Origin: Planctomycetota bacterium
GTDB lineage: Bacteria > Planctomycetota > GCA-002687715 > CAIWVZ01
Length of the DNA stretch: 64,000 bases
Reading direction: 5' to 3'
NCBI GenBank assembly: GCA_044222185.1
Contig: JBGANV010000001.1
Coordinates: 1,728,001-1,792,000 of the forward strand
Translations under genes and position numbers: made by a program
Shown here: piece by piece, positions 38,652 to 48,218 of the stretch
Layout: every line of letters begins with the position of its first letter
Position numbering within the stretch: the first letter of the stretch is position 1
The notes under the pieces: generated by a model
Databases searched by the model: none
Seen by the model: only the letters and a program-made list of their open reading frames with translations
What the model was told of the DNA's origin: nothing

Positions 38652-38716
38652 CGTGGAACTCCTTTGGCTGAAGATCGTACACCCGAACTGCACGAAGGAA
38701 GCGAACGGAGCGTGAC

Positions 38717-40141
38717 ATGAGCGGACGGCAAAAGGGACGCGGCCGAGGACGGCTCATTCGGCAGAAGGGCGCGGACGGACGCCACGTCTACCTCGGGGAC
38801 TGGATCGGCGCCGATGGCAAGCGACACCGTAGGTCGCTGTCGTCGGACAAGCTGGTAGCGGAGCGGATGCTCGCGAAGCTGATTCGAGAACGGGATCTCG
38901 CTGCATCCGGCCTCATCGTCGAGGAGGGCATGGAGCGGCGTCTCGTGGACCTGACGACGGCATACGTCGCGGATCTCCGGGCGATCCGCACGGAGTCCTA
39001 CGCCGATCGCGTGGAGGCGGACCTGCGGCACCTGAGCGATTACCTCGGCAACGTGAAGATCCGGGAGGTGGTCCCCGAGCGAATGCTCGAACGCCGACGG
39101 AAGCGCATCACGGAGGGCGCGAGTCACGCGACGATCAACCTCGAAGTCGGCTCGTTACGCGGCTGCTTCAACTGGGCGATTCGGAGCGGGCTCCTGGGGG
39201 TCAATCCTCTGGCTCACGTCAAGCCGCTGTCACTGACGGAAGCGGACCAAGCTCGGCCCCGTCGAGCGCTCTCGGAGGAAGAGGTATCAGCATTCCTACG
39301 CGCCGCGATCGATCTTGACGTCGAACGTCACGAGTACGTCCTCGCGCTCCGCACCATCGCGAGCAAGCAACGAGGCGCCGCGTACGCCGCTCAGGACCGG
39401 CTCCCTCCAATCCCGCAGGCCGTCCTGTGGCAGACGATCCTGGCGACAGGCATGCGATGGGGAGAGACCGCCGCGCTGACCTGGGGCGACTTCGATCCCG
39501 ACCGACGGAGCATGCTCATCCGGGCAGCCACGACGAAGGGAAAGCGCTCGCGCATGGTTCCCGTCCCCTCCTACCTCATCGTCGAGCTGGCGACGCTTCG
39601 ATCAGCGCACGAGCGTCGTCTCGCGCGCGCTCCCTGGCCCGCGGACTTCATCTTCCTGACGCCGTTCGGAAAGCCGTGGACAGACACCGGCTGCCATTAC
39701 CGGCTCGACCTCTTCAACGCGACGCTGGCGCGTGCGGAGATCGAGAAGGTGGACGAGCTGGGCCGATCGGTGGACGTGCACGCGTTGAGGCGCACGGCGA
39801 ACACGAGGCTGCTCCGTCACGGCGTTCCAATCATGACGGCGGCGACAATCCTCGGTCACCAGGATCCGAAGATCACGGCGAAACACTACACCGAGTTGCA
39901 TCTCGCGGACACGCTCGCCGCGGTCGCCTCGGTCCCTCCGGCCGCCGCGTCCGAGCCATCGAACACGGGCAAAGTCGCAGTCGAAGCTGGCAGTATTCTG
40001 GCAATCCGAAGAGGCGGTGGCGGATCCCGCAACAACCAACTTCCGCGCAACGTGTGCGCGCGCCACGACTTGAACGAGATGGGAGCGCCGGGGGTCGAAC
40101 CCGGGACCTACGGATTAAAAATCCGGTGCTCTACCGACTGA
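38717..40141 (+). CDS. Tyrosine integrase; 3' end runs through att into the antisense strand of tRNA-Lys
   Basis: TGMRWGE (R), TTKGK (K), HALRR (HxxR), LGHQ (H), KHYT (Y). Confidence 0.93.
   Translation: MSGRQKGRGRGRLIRQKGADGRHVYLGDWIGADGKRHRRSLSSDKLVAERMLAKLIRERDLAASGLIVEEGMERRLVDLTTAYVADLRAIRTESYADRVEADLRHLSDYLGNVKIREVVPERMLERRRKRITEGASHATINLEVGSLRGCFNWAIRSGLLGVNPLAHVKPLSLTEADQARPRRALSEEEVSAFLRAAIDLDVERHEYVLALRTIASKQRGAAYAAQDRLPPIPQAVLWQTILATGMRWGETAALTWGDFDPDRRSMLIRAATTKGKRSRMVPVPSYLIVELATLRSAHERRLARAPWPADFIFLTPFGKPWTDTGCHYRLDLFNATLARAEIEKVDELGRSVDVHALRRTANTRLLRHGVPIMTAATILGHQDPKITAKHYTELHLADTLAAVASVPPAAASEPSNTGKVAVEAGSILAIRRGGGGSRNNQLPRNVCARHDLNEMGAPGVEPGTYGLKIRCSTD
39982..40005 (+). promoter_or_regulatory. 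Putative integrase arm-type binding site
   Basis: CGAAGCTGGCAGTATTCTGGCAAT, 23/24 identical to 28921-28944. Confidence 0.65.
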
Positions 40142-40152
40142 GCTACGCTCCC
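40080..40152 (-). tRNA. tRNA-Lys (UUU), CCA not encoded
   Basis: GGGAGCG acceptor stem, GCTC/GAGC D arm, anticodon loop TTTTTAA, T loop TTCGACC. Confidence 0.95.
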
Positions 40153-40287
40153 GCTGAGCGGGCGCAGTGTATCGAGAGAGATGCGCGGCAACGAGGCGGG
40201 AGTTGGCGGCGAGGAGGCGGCTGCGAGGAGGGACCCGAAGCCGGACGTGGTTAGGCTGGCGCGGCGAATTCAGTGAGTGGCCCCTCG

Positions 40288-41007
40288 ATGCGCATCGCGA
40301 TCGTCTCCGACATTCATGGCAACAGGACGGCGTTCGATGCCGTCGTTTCCGACCTGCGGCAAACGGCCCCAGACGTCGTGCTGCATGGGGGCGATCTGGC
40401 TGACGTGGGCCCTCACCCCGCGGAGATCGTCGATCGGATTCGGGATCTGGGATGGCACGGGGTCAGGGGCAACACGGACGAGATGCTCTGCCGGCCCGAA
40501 TCGTTGACGGAGTACGCGTCGCAGTTCCCGGCACTGGCCTCGTTGTTCACGGCCGTCGAGGAGATGGCCGTCGCGACGCGACTCGCGCTCGGCCGCGAGC
40601 GACTGGAGTGGCTGGGCAAGCTCCCGCGGATCCACCGGGAAGGACCGCTGGCGTTGGTGCACGCAAGCCCGGCGACGCCGTGGCGGTCGCCGGGTGCCGG
40701 ATCGACCGACGCCGAACTCGAAGCCATCTTTGGTCCGCTGGGGTGTTCGGTCGCGGTGTTCGGCCACATCCACCATCCATTCATCCGGAGGATCGGCACG
40801 CTCACGGTCGCGAACTGCGGGAGCGTCGGGATGTCGTATGACGGCGACCGCCGCGCGGCCTACCTCCTCGTTGACGATGAAACGCCGTCGATCCGACGCG
40901 TGGAATACGACGTCGAGACGGAGGTCCAGGCGGTGCGCTGCTGCGGCTGGCCACATGCGGACTGGGTGGCGCGAGTGTTGGAGAGTGCGGGGCCGCAAAT
41001 GCCTTGA
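40288..41007 (+). CDS. Metallophosphoesterase (YfcE/calcineurin-like family)
   Basis: SDIHGN, GGDL, RGNTD, HASP, FGHIH, NCGSVG. Confidence 0.9.
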   Translation: MRIAIVSDIHGNRTAFDAVVSDLRQTAPDVVLHGGDLADVGPHPAEIVDRIRDLGWHGVRGNTDEMLCRPESLTEYASQFPALASLFTAVEEMAVATRLALGRERLEWLGKLPRIHREGPLALVHASPATPWRSPGAGSTDAELEAIFGPLGCSVAVFGHIHHPFIRRIGTLTVANCGSVGMSYDGDRRAAYLLVDDETPSIRRVEYDVETEVQAVRCCGWPHADWVARVLESAGPQMP

Positions 41008-41085
41008 GCGGCCCGACGGTGCGGGAGCCCCGACCTCGCGACGCGATCGCGCGCGGTCACCTCGCCCACACGAAACGGCGACCCG

Positions 41086-41652
41086 TCAAACGGTCATCAC
41101 CTCGGCCTGCTTCTTCTTGAACAGGTCGTCGACCTTCGCTTCCTCGGCCTTCAACAGATCCGAGATCTGCTTGTCGAACTTCTTGTGATCGTCCTCGGTG
41201 ATCCCGTGTTCCTTCTTCGCCTGCTCGGCCTTCTTCAGGATGTCGCGGCGTAGATTGCGGAGGGAGACGCGCTGCTGTTCGCAGAGATCCTTGACGTGGT
41301 GAACGAGCTGTTTGCGGCGCTCCTCGGACAGCGGCGGGAGGTTGATGCGGATGATCTTCCCGTCATTGTTCGGCGTGATGCCGAGATCGGACGCGGAGAT
41401 CCCGCGCTCGATGTCCTTCAACGTCGTGCTGTCGAACGGTTTGATCTGAAGCGTGCGCGCGTCGGAGACCATGATCTGCGCGAGGTTTTTCAGGGGTTGC
41501 GTCGACCCGTAGGCCTCGACGCGGATGTTCTCGACGAGCGCCGGCGTCGCCCGCCCGGTGCGGATGCCCTTCAGTTCCTCCTCGAGGAACGTCACGGCCT
41601 TGTTCATCTTGTCCTTGGTTTCCTTCAGGCCCGCGTCCGTCGTGAACGTCAT
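41086..41652 (-). CDS. frr: Ribosome recycling factor
   Basis: IRTGRATPAL, LGITPNNDG, PPLSEERRK; synteny. Confidence 0.97.
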   Translation of the reverse strand: MTFTTDAGLKETKDKMNKAVTFLEEELKGIRTGRATPALVENIRVEAYGSTQPLKNLAQIMVSDARTLQIKPFDSTTLKDIERGISASDLGITPNNDGKIIRINLPPLSEERRKQLVHHVKDLCEQQRVSLRNLRRDILKKAEQAKKEHGITEDDHKKFDKQISDLLKAEEAKVDDLFKKKQAEVMTV

Positions 41653-41676
41653 GACTCTCCCCTCTCGAAGAACGAC

Positions 41677-43294
<1,618 letters not shown>

Positions 43295-43402
43295 GGGAGT
43301 CTCGCCTTGCTCGAATGAATGTGGGAATGGTGCGGCGCCCGCAGAACGGGGTTCGCACCGCGGCTCACGTTCGAGCCGCAGGCGCGGGCGCCAGGACGAC
43401 GA

Positions 43403-44395
43403 TCACGTCGTCGGTTCGGGACCGGCCGGGCCGGGCTTCGTCTCGCCGGCGGGCGCGGGCTTGGCGGGGGCTGCGGGCTTGGGGGCCGCGCCCGTCGTCG
43501 GAGCGCTGACCACGTCGCCCTTGCCTTCCTTCTCGGCGCGGTACTTGGCGGCTGCCGCGCGAATCACCGCGTCCTGCTCGTGCTGAGCCTTGAGCTGCTG
43601 CTCGCGCTCGGCGGCACGCTTCTTCTGCACGTCGCGGAGCTTGCGGTCTTCCTCCGCCTTTCGGTTCGCCTCTTCCTGGCGGCGCTTCTCCTCTTCCTGG
43701 AGCCACTGCGCGTACGCCGTGAGGCCGCTGCCGATGGCGTCGGTGAGTCGGCCGAGGAGGATCTGCACCGAGCGCATCGAGTCGTCATTGCCCGGGATCG
43801 GGATGTCGATGCGCGACGGATCGCAGTCCGTGTCGAGGATCGCGACCACCGGGATGCCGAGCTTGGACGCTTCCTTCACCGCGTTGTGCTCGCGGTTCGA
43901 GTCGACGATGACGAGCGCGCCCGGCAGCTTCTCCATGTTTCGGATGCCGTCGAGGTTGCGGAAGATCTTGCGCTTCTCGCGCATGAGGCTCGCCATGGCC
44001 TTCTTGCTCATGCCGGGGACGATGCCCGCCTTCTCCGTCGCTTCGAGTTCGGTCAAGCGACCGAGGCGCATGCGGACCGTGGTGAAGTTCGTGAGCGTTC
44101 CACCCAGCCACCGCTCGTTCACGAACGGCATGCTGACCTTGCGCGCGCACTCGGCGATGACGGACTGGGCCTGACGCTTGGTGCCGACGAAGAGGATCTG
44201 GTGGCCCTCGGCGGAAAGGCGGTGGAGGAACGTGGTGGCCTTGATGAGGCCTCGCAGCGTCTCCTTCAGATCGATGATGTGGATCTGGTTCTTGCGGCCG
44301 AAGATGAACGGCTTCATCCTCGGGTTCCAACGCGACGCGCGACAGCCGAAATGGACGCCTGCCTCGAGCAGGTCTTTCACGGGAACCGTGAGCAT
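43403..44395 (-). CDS. rpsB: 30S ribosomal protein S2 with long charged C-terminal extension
   Basis: LLEAGVHFG, RWNPRM, ERWLGGTLTNF, PGNDDS. Confidence 0.97.
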   Translation of the reverse strand: MLTVPVKDLLEAGVHFGCRASRWNPRMKPFIFGRKNQIHIIDLKETLRGLIKATTFLHRLSAEGHQILFVGTKRQAQSVIAECARKVSMPFVNERWLGGTLTNFTTVRMRLGRLTELEATEKAGIVPGMSKKAMASLMREKRKIFRNLDGIRNMEKLPGALVIVDSNREHNAVKEASKLGIPVVAILDTDCDPSRIDIPIPGNDDSMRSVQILLGRLTDAIGSGLTAYAQWLQEEEKRRQEEANRKAEEDRKLRDVQKKRAAEREQQLKAQHEQDAVIRAAAAKYRAEKEGKGDVVSAPTTGAAPKPAAPAKPAPAGETKPGPAGPEPTT

Positions 44396-44520
44396 GGTCT
44401 GACCCTTCGTCGTGCCCGCCTTGGTGGGTCCTTGCAAACGAGGATCCCGCGGACGCCGACCGGAACTTGTGGTGATGTGCCCGTCTCTGCCCCGCATGGG
44501 GCACCAGGAGCGAGCCGGGG

Positions 44521-44548
44521 AGTGTAACGGTCGATCCCCACCGGACAA
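44521..44548 (-). promoter_or_regulatory. Putative sigma70 promoter of the rpsB operon
   Basis: TTGTCC-N16-TACACT followed by a GC-rich discriminator. Confidence 0.55.
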
Positions 44549-44602
44549 GCGTCGGAAGGGGCCTCATCCTCGTGCGATCGCCGGGTATCGTGCCCGCCGA
44601 AG

Positions 44603-45763
44603 ATGGGCCAATCCCCCGTGCTCCAGATCGTCGCCGGCGAACCGTCGGGCGACACCCATGCTGCCGCGGTGCTGCGGGAGCTTTCCGCCCGCCTGCCGGG
44701 GCTGCGCGCCTTCGGTTTCGGAGGGAAGCGGCTGGCCGAGGCCGGGATGCGGTTGGACGAGGACCTGGCCTCCCACGCCATCATGGGGATCTTCCCCGTC
44801 CTCAAGTCCCTGCCTTACATCAAGAAGCTGTTCGATCGGGCGGTTCGGGGTCTCCGCGAGGAGCGCCCGGACGCATTGCTCCTCGTGGACTACCCGGGGT
44901 TCAACATGCGGCTCGCGGCGAGGGCGAGGGATCTGGGCGTCCCGGTCATCTACTACATCAGCCCCCAAGTCTGGGCCTGGGCGCCGGGCCGCATCCGCAA
45001 GCTCGCGCGCCTCGTCGACCTGATGCTGGTGATCCTCCCGTTCGAGGCCGAGGTCTACCGCAAGACGGGAATGGAGACCGTGTTCACGGGCCATCCCGTG
45101 TTCGATCACGTGGGTGCATCGCCAGCCGACGGCGCGCTCATCGACGACCTCCGCAGTCGGCGGGGCGCGGGGCCGCTGATCGGCGTGTTCCCCGGAAGCC
45201 GCAAGCACGTCGTGGCGTCGCTTGCGCCGCAGTTCGCCGCCGTCGCGCGCCGGCTCCGGGCCGAGCCGAAGACGGCCGATTCACGGTTCGTCTTCGCGCT
45301 CGCTCAACCACGCTTCCGACCGATCGTCGAGAGGCATTGGCCCGCAAACGTCCCCCACGAGTTCGTCGACGGACATTCGCTCGACGTGATGCGGGCGGCG
45401 GATCTCTGTCTCACGACGTCTGGAACGACGACCCTCGAGATCGCGGCCGTCGGGACGCCGTTCGTGCTCGCGTACCACACGAGCCCCCTCTTCTACTTCG
45501 TCGCGCGCAAGCTGGTGACGATCGACCACATCGGTCTCGTGAACCTCGTGGCCGGGCGGACCGTCGTCCCCGAGCACGTCGGCTGGCGTGCGCTCGACGC
45601 GGGGATCGCGGCCGACCTCACGGCGTTGTGGACGGATCAAACGGTCCGCGACACGCAACTGGCCGGGCTCGCCGACGTGCGTCGCAGACTGGACGTCCGC
45701 GGCGCCTACGCGCGCGCCGCAGCGGAGATCGCGAAGAAGCTCGCGACGGTGATCGATCGCTGA
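44603..45763 (+). CDS. lpxB: Lipid-A-disaccharide synthase
   Basis: AGEPSGD, VDYPGFN, YYISPQVWAW, ILPFE, PGSR, SGTTTLE. Confidence 0.95.
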   Translation: MGQSPVLQIVAGEPSGDTHAAAVLRELSARLPGLRAFGFGGKRLAEAGMRLDEDLASHAIMGIFPVLKSLPYIKKLFDRAVRGLREERPDALLLVDYPGFNMRLAARARDLGVPVIYYISPQVWAWAPGRIRKLARLVDLMLVILPFEAEVYRKTGMETVFTGHPVFDHVGASPADGALIDDLRSRRGAGPLIGVFPGSRKHVVASLAPQFAAVARRLRAEPKTADSRFVFALAQPRFRPIVERHWPANVPHEFVDGHSLDVMRAADLCLTTSGTTTLEIAAVGTPFVLAYHTSPLFYFVARKLVTIDHIGLVNLVAGRTVVPEHVGWRALDAGIAADLTALWTDQTVRDTQLAGLADVRRRLDVRGAYARAAAEIAKKLATVIDR

Positions 45764-45800
45764 CGGGATCGCGGCGGCACGACTCCGCGCCGCTGAGTCG

Positions 45801-47249
45801 TCACACCTTGCCGGCGACGAGCCCCTTCTCGCCGTACTCGAGGCTCGTATTGACGCGCATCACGTCGGCGCGCGCGACCTCGCCCTTGATCGCCTGGGCC
45901 GTGAGCAGTCCCATCTCGATCGAGTGGTCGGCGTTGTTGTACCGGAACGTTCCGCCACGTCCGACGATCGCGAGGCGCTCGAGCGTCTCGATGTGGGCCT
46001 TCATCATCTCGAGCTTCTTCGAGTAGCCGAGCGAGTAGACGGGGTACGCCTCCTTCGCACGCAGGCAGAAGCCGCCCAGGACCTTCTCCTTGGTGATGAG
46101 CCCCAGGCTGGCGAGGTCGCCCACGGCCTCGTCGACGAGCTGCTGATCGGACTTGTTCCAGGTGGAATCGCCCGTCGTGCAGAAGTACTCGAGCACGACG
46201 CTCGTCTTGGACGGATCCGGCACCATGTCCGGACTCCAGTTCTTCGGCTCGTGAAGCCGCGCGAATCCCAGCCCCTCGTCGTGGCAGTAGATCCACGTGT
46301 CCTTCGTCATCTGCGGCATGTCGAGCATCAAGTTGACGCAGATGACGGAGCGGAATTCGAGCGATTGCGCGGCCTCGATGACTTCGGCCGGCGGCTTGGG
46401 CTCGAGGCCGTGCGCGAGAAGCCCCGTCAGGGCGATGGTCGAAACGACCCAGTCGCTCTCGACCGTGAGGAGGCGTCCGTCCTTCTGGTACGTGACCTTG
46501 GGCCGCAGTGGCTCGGTGATGTCCACCTTCTTCACGTCGGCCTCGAGGATGACGTGGTTGCCTTCGTGCGACTCGACGACCTGCGCCATCCGTTCGCTGA
46601 TGACGGAGTATCCGAGCCGCGGATAGAGGAACGTCTCGATCAGGCTCTGCGCCTTCTCTTTCGGCTTCAGGAGGGCATTCGCGATCGTCGTCCAGATCGA
46701 CAGCCCCTTGCTGCGCTGCGAGACCCAGTCGGCTGACATGAGTCCACACGACCGTCCCCACACCTTCTCGCTGTACCGGCGGAAGAACATGTCGTAGAGC
46801 TTGCGACCGAACTGTGCGACGAACGCATCCTCCATCGTCACGATCGGCTTGACGGAAAAGCGATTCAGCACGGCCGTCTTCGCGTAATCCACGACGCACT
46901 TCGCGGAGGTCCACAGCCCCGCAGTCCGGAGGACGTTCCCGATCGAGATCGGGTAGTCGAAGTACTTCCGGTTGAAGAGGATTCGGCTCGTGCGTTCGAC
47001 GGACACGAGATGGCCCGCCATCAACCGCTTGAACCAGTTGTTCAGGGCGACGTTCTTCGTGAACCATCGGTGGCCACCGAGGTCGAAGCGGAAGCCGTCC
47101 TTGATCGTCGTGAGTGAAAGTCCGCCGACGTAGTCGTTACGGTCGAGGACCGTCACGCGGTAGCCCGACTCGGCGAGCTCGTGGGCGCACGCGAGACCGC
47201 CCGGTCCGGCTCCGAGAACGACGACGTGTTGTCGAGTGTCTTGGCTCAA
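45801..47249 (-). CDS. FAD-dependent oxidoreductase (UDP-galactopyranose mutase/protoporphyrinogen oxidase-like)
   Basis: GAGPGG, FDLGGHRWFTK, YSEKVWG, AYPVY, GRGGTFRYNNADH. Confidence 0.85.
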   Translation of the reverse strand: MSQDTRQHVVVLGAGPGGLACAHELAESGYRVTVLDRNDYVGGLSLTTIKDGFRFDLGGHRWFTKNVALNNWFKRLMAGHLVSVERTSRILFNRKYFDYPISIGNVLRTAGLWTSAKCVVDYAKTAVLNRFSVKPIVTMEDAFVAQFGRKLYDMFFRRYSEKVWGRSCGLMSADWVSQRSKGLSIWTTIANALLKPKEKAQSLIETFLYPRLGYSVISERMAQVVESHEGNHVILEADVKKVDITEPLRPKVTYQKDGRLLTVESDWVVSTIALTGLLAHGLEPKPPAEVIEAAQSLEFRSVICVNLMLDMPQMTKDTWIYCHDEGLGFARLHEPKNWSPDMVPDPSKTSVVLEYFCTTGDSTWNKSDQQLVDEAVGDLASLGLITKEKVLGGFCLRAKEAYPVYSLGYSKKLEMMKAHIETLERLAIVGRGGTFRYNNADHSIEMGLLTAQAIKGEVARADVMRVNTSLEYGEKGLVAGKV

Positions 47250-47414
47250 GGCTTCAACTGCGAGGCGGGCAGCATCCGTGACCGCCGAAGTTCATTCATC
47301 CCGCAACATCGGCGCTCTGGTGGAACGCCGCAAAGATACCACCTCCCGCCGAGTCGTGGTGGCGCCTGATCCGCCCAACCATCGACCCGATGACCCTTCG
47401 CGCTGAATGGCCGG

Positions 47415-47744
47415 TCAGTCCTTCCGCAGGCCGGCGACCAGGTTGTAGAGGCGCGAGATGACGATCCCCGCGAAGAAACCGTAGGCAAAAGCCCACACGG
47501 CCCCGATGAAGCTGCCCAGCAACGTGACTTCGTAGAAAGGCAGGTAATACCGCAGGAGCGAGAGGTGCGCCCCGACGTTCGGTCCACCCTGCCAGACGAG
47601 GACGTTCGTGGCGACGAAGATCCCGATCGCGAAGACGAGCCCCAGCGTCAGCCCCAGCACCCGGGCGTTGAGGCGCCGAAGGATCGACTCAAGGAGGCGC
47701 TCGGCCTCGATCTGATCCTGAATGGTGTCGAGCGGTGATTTCAT
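47415..47744 (-). CDS. Small two-TM membrane protein, paralog of 47751-48149
   Basis: Two hydrophobic helices; LL..Y...YEVT..G...G...F..GF pattern. Confidence 0.75.
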   Translation of the reverse strand: MKSPLDTIQDQIEAERLLESILRRLNARVLGLTLGLVFAIGIFVATNVLVWQGGPNVGAHLSLLRYYLPFYEVTLLGSFIGAVWAFAYGFFAGIVISRLYNLVAGLRKD

Positions 47745-47750
47745 CGTCCC

Positions 47751-48149
47751 TCAGATCTCGTCGAGGAAGTGGCGCCGCCGCCAGCGGGCCTGGTCCCAGT
47801 TGAGTTTGGCGAGCACGACGTGGAGGGCGAGATTCCGGCAGTAGGCGATGACGAATCCGCCCACGAACCCCAGCCCGAAGAACCAGGCCACCCCCCAGGC
47901 GAGCCCGATCCAGCTGATGTCGAAGCCGCGCAGGAATTGCCCCAGGAGTCCCACGGAGTATTCGAGTGCGTCCTCGGTCCGGCTCACGAGGAGGCGGCCG
48001 GTGACCAGGGCGATCACGAGGGCCGCCGTCGTCCCGCAGGCCACGGCGAAGGCGAGCGGATCGATGCGCGTGAACGTCCGTCGGATCGCCTCCTGGCGAC
48101 GACGTTCGAGCTCAGCAAGCACTTCAGTTGTCCCGCGGTCCATTGCCAT
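47751..48149 (-). CDS. Small two-TM membrane protein, paralog of 47415-47744
   Basis: Two hydrophobic helices; LLGQF..GFDIS..G...G...F..GF pattern. Confidence 0.75.
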   Translation of the reverse strand: MAMDRGTTEVLAELERRRQEAIRRTFTRIDPLAFAVACGTTAALVIALVTGRLLVSRTEDALEYSVGLLGQFLRGFDISWIGLAWGVAWFFGLGFVGGFVIAYCRNLALHVVLAKLNWDQARWRRRHFLDEI

Positions 48150-48218
48150 CTTCCGAGTTCCCTTATCGGCAGGACATGTTCCGCGACCCGAGCCCGACCG
48201 GCAACGTGAGCCGAGAAC

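Larger units (their letters stand above)
28739..40121. mobile_element. Integrative element (phage satellite/PICI-like) inserted in tRNA-Lys; predicted excised circle 11,340 bp
   Basis: 43-bp direct repeats, tyrosine integrase next to the tRNA, Xis/AlpA, primase-helicase, TerS-like HTH, resolvase, R-M cargo. Confidence 0.9.

Noticed and set aside
27722-38680. Invertible switch (Gin/Hin-like) between the inverted paralog 5' regions driven by the serine recombinase
   Set aside because: Both genes already have their own RBS and start; the repeats carry synonymous mismatches; inversion would flip one att site and disrupt the element.
28739-40121. Prophage or ICE
   Set aside because: No virion, large terminase, lysis, relaxase or T4SS genes between the att sites.
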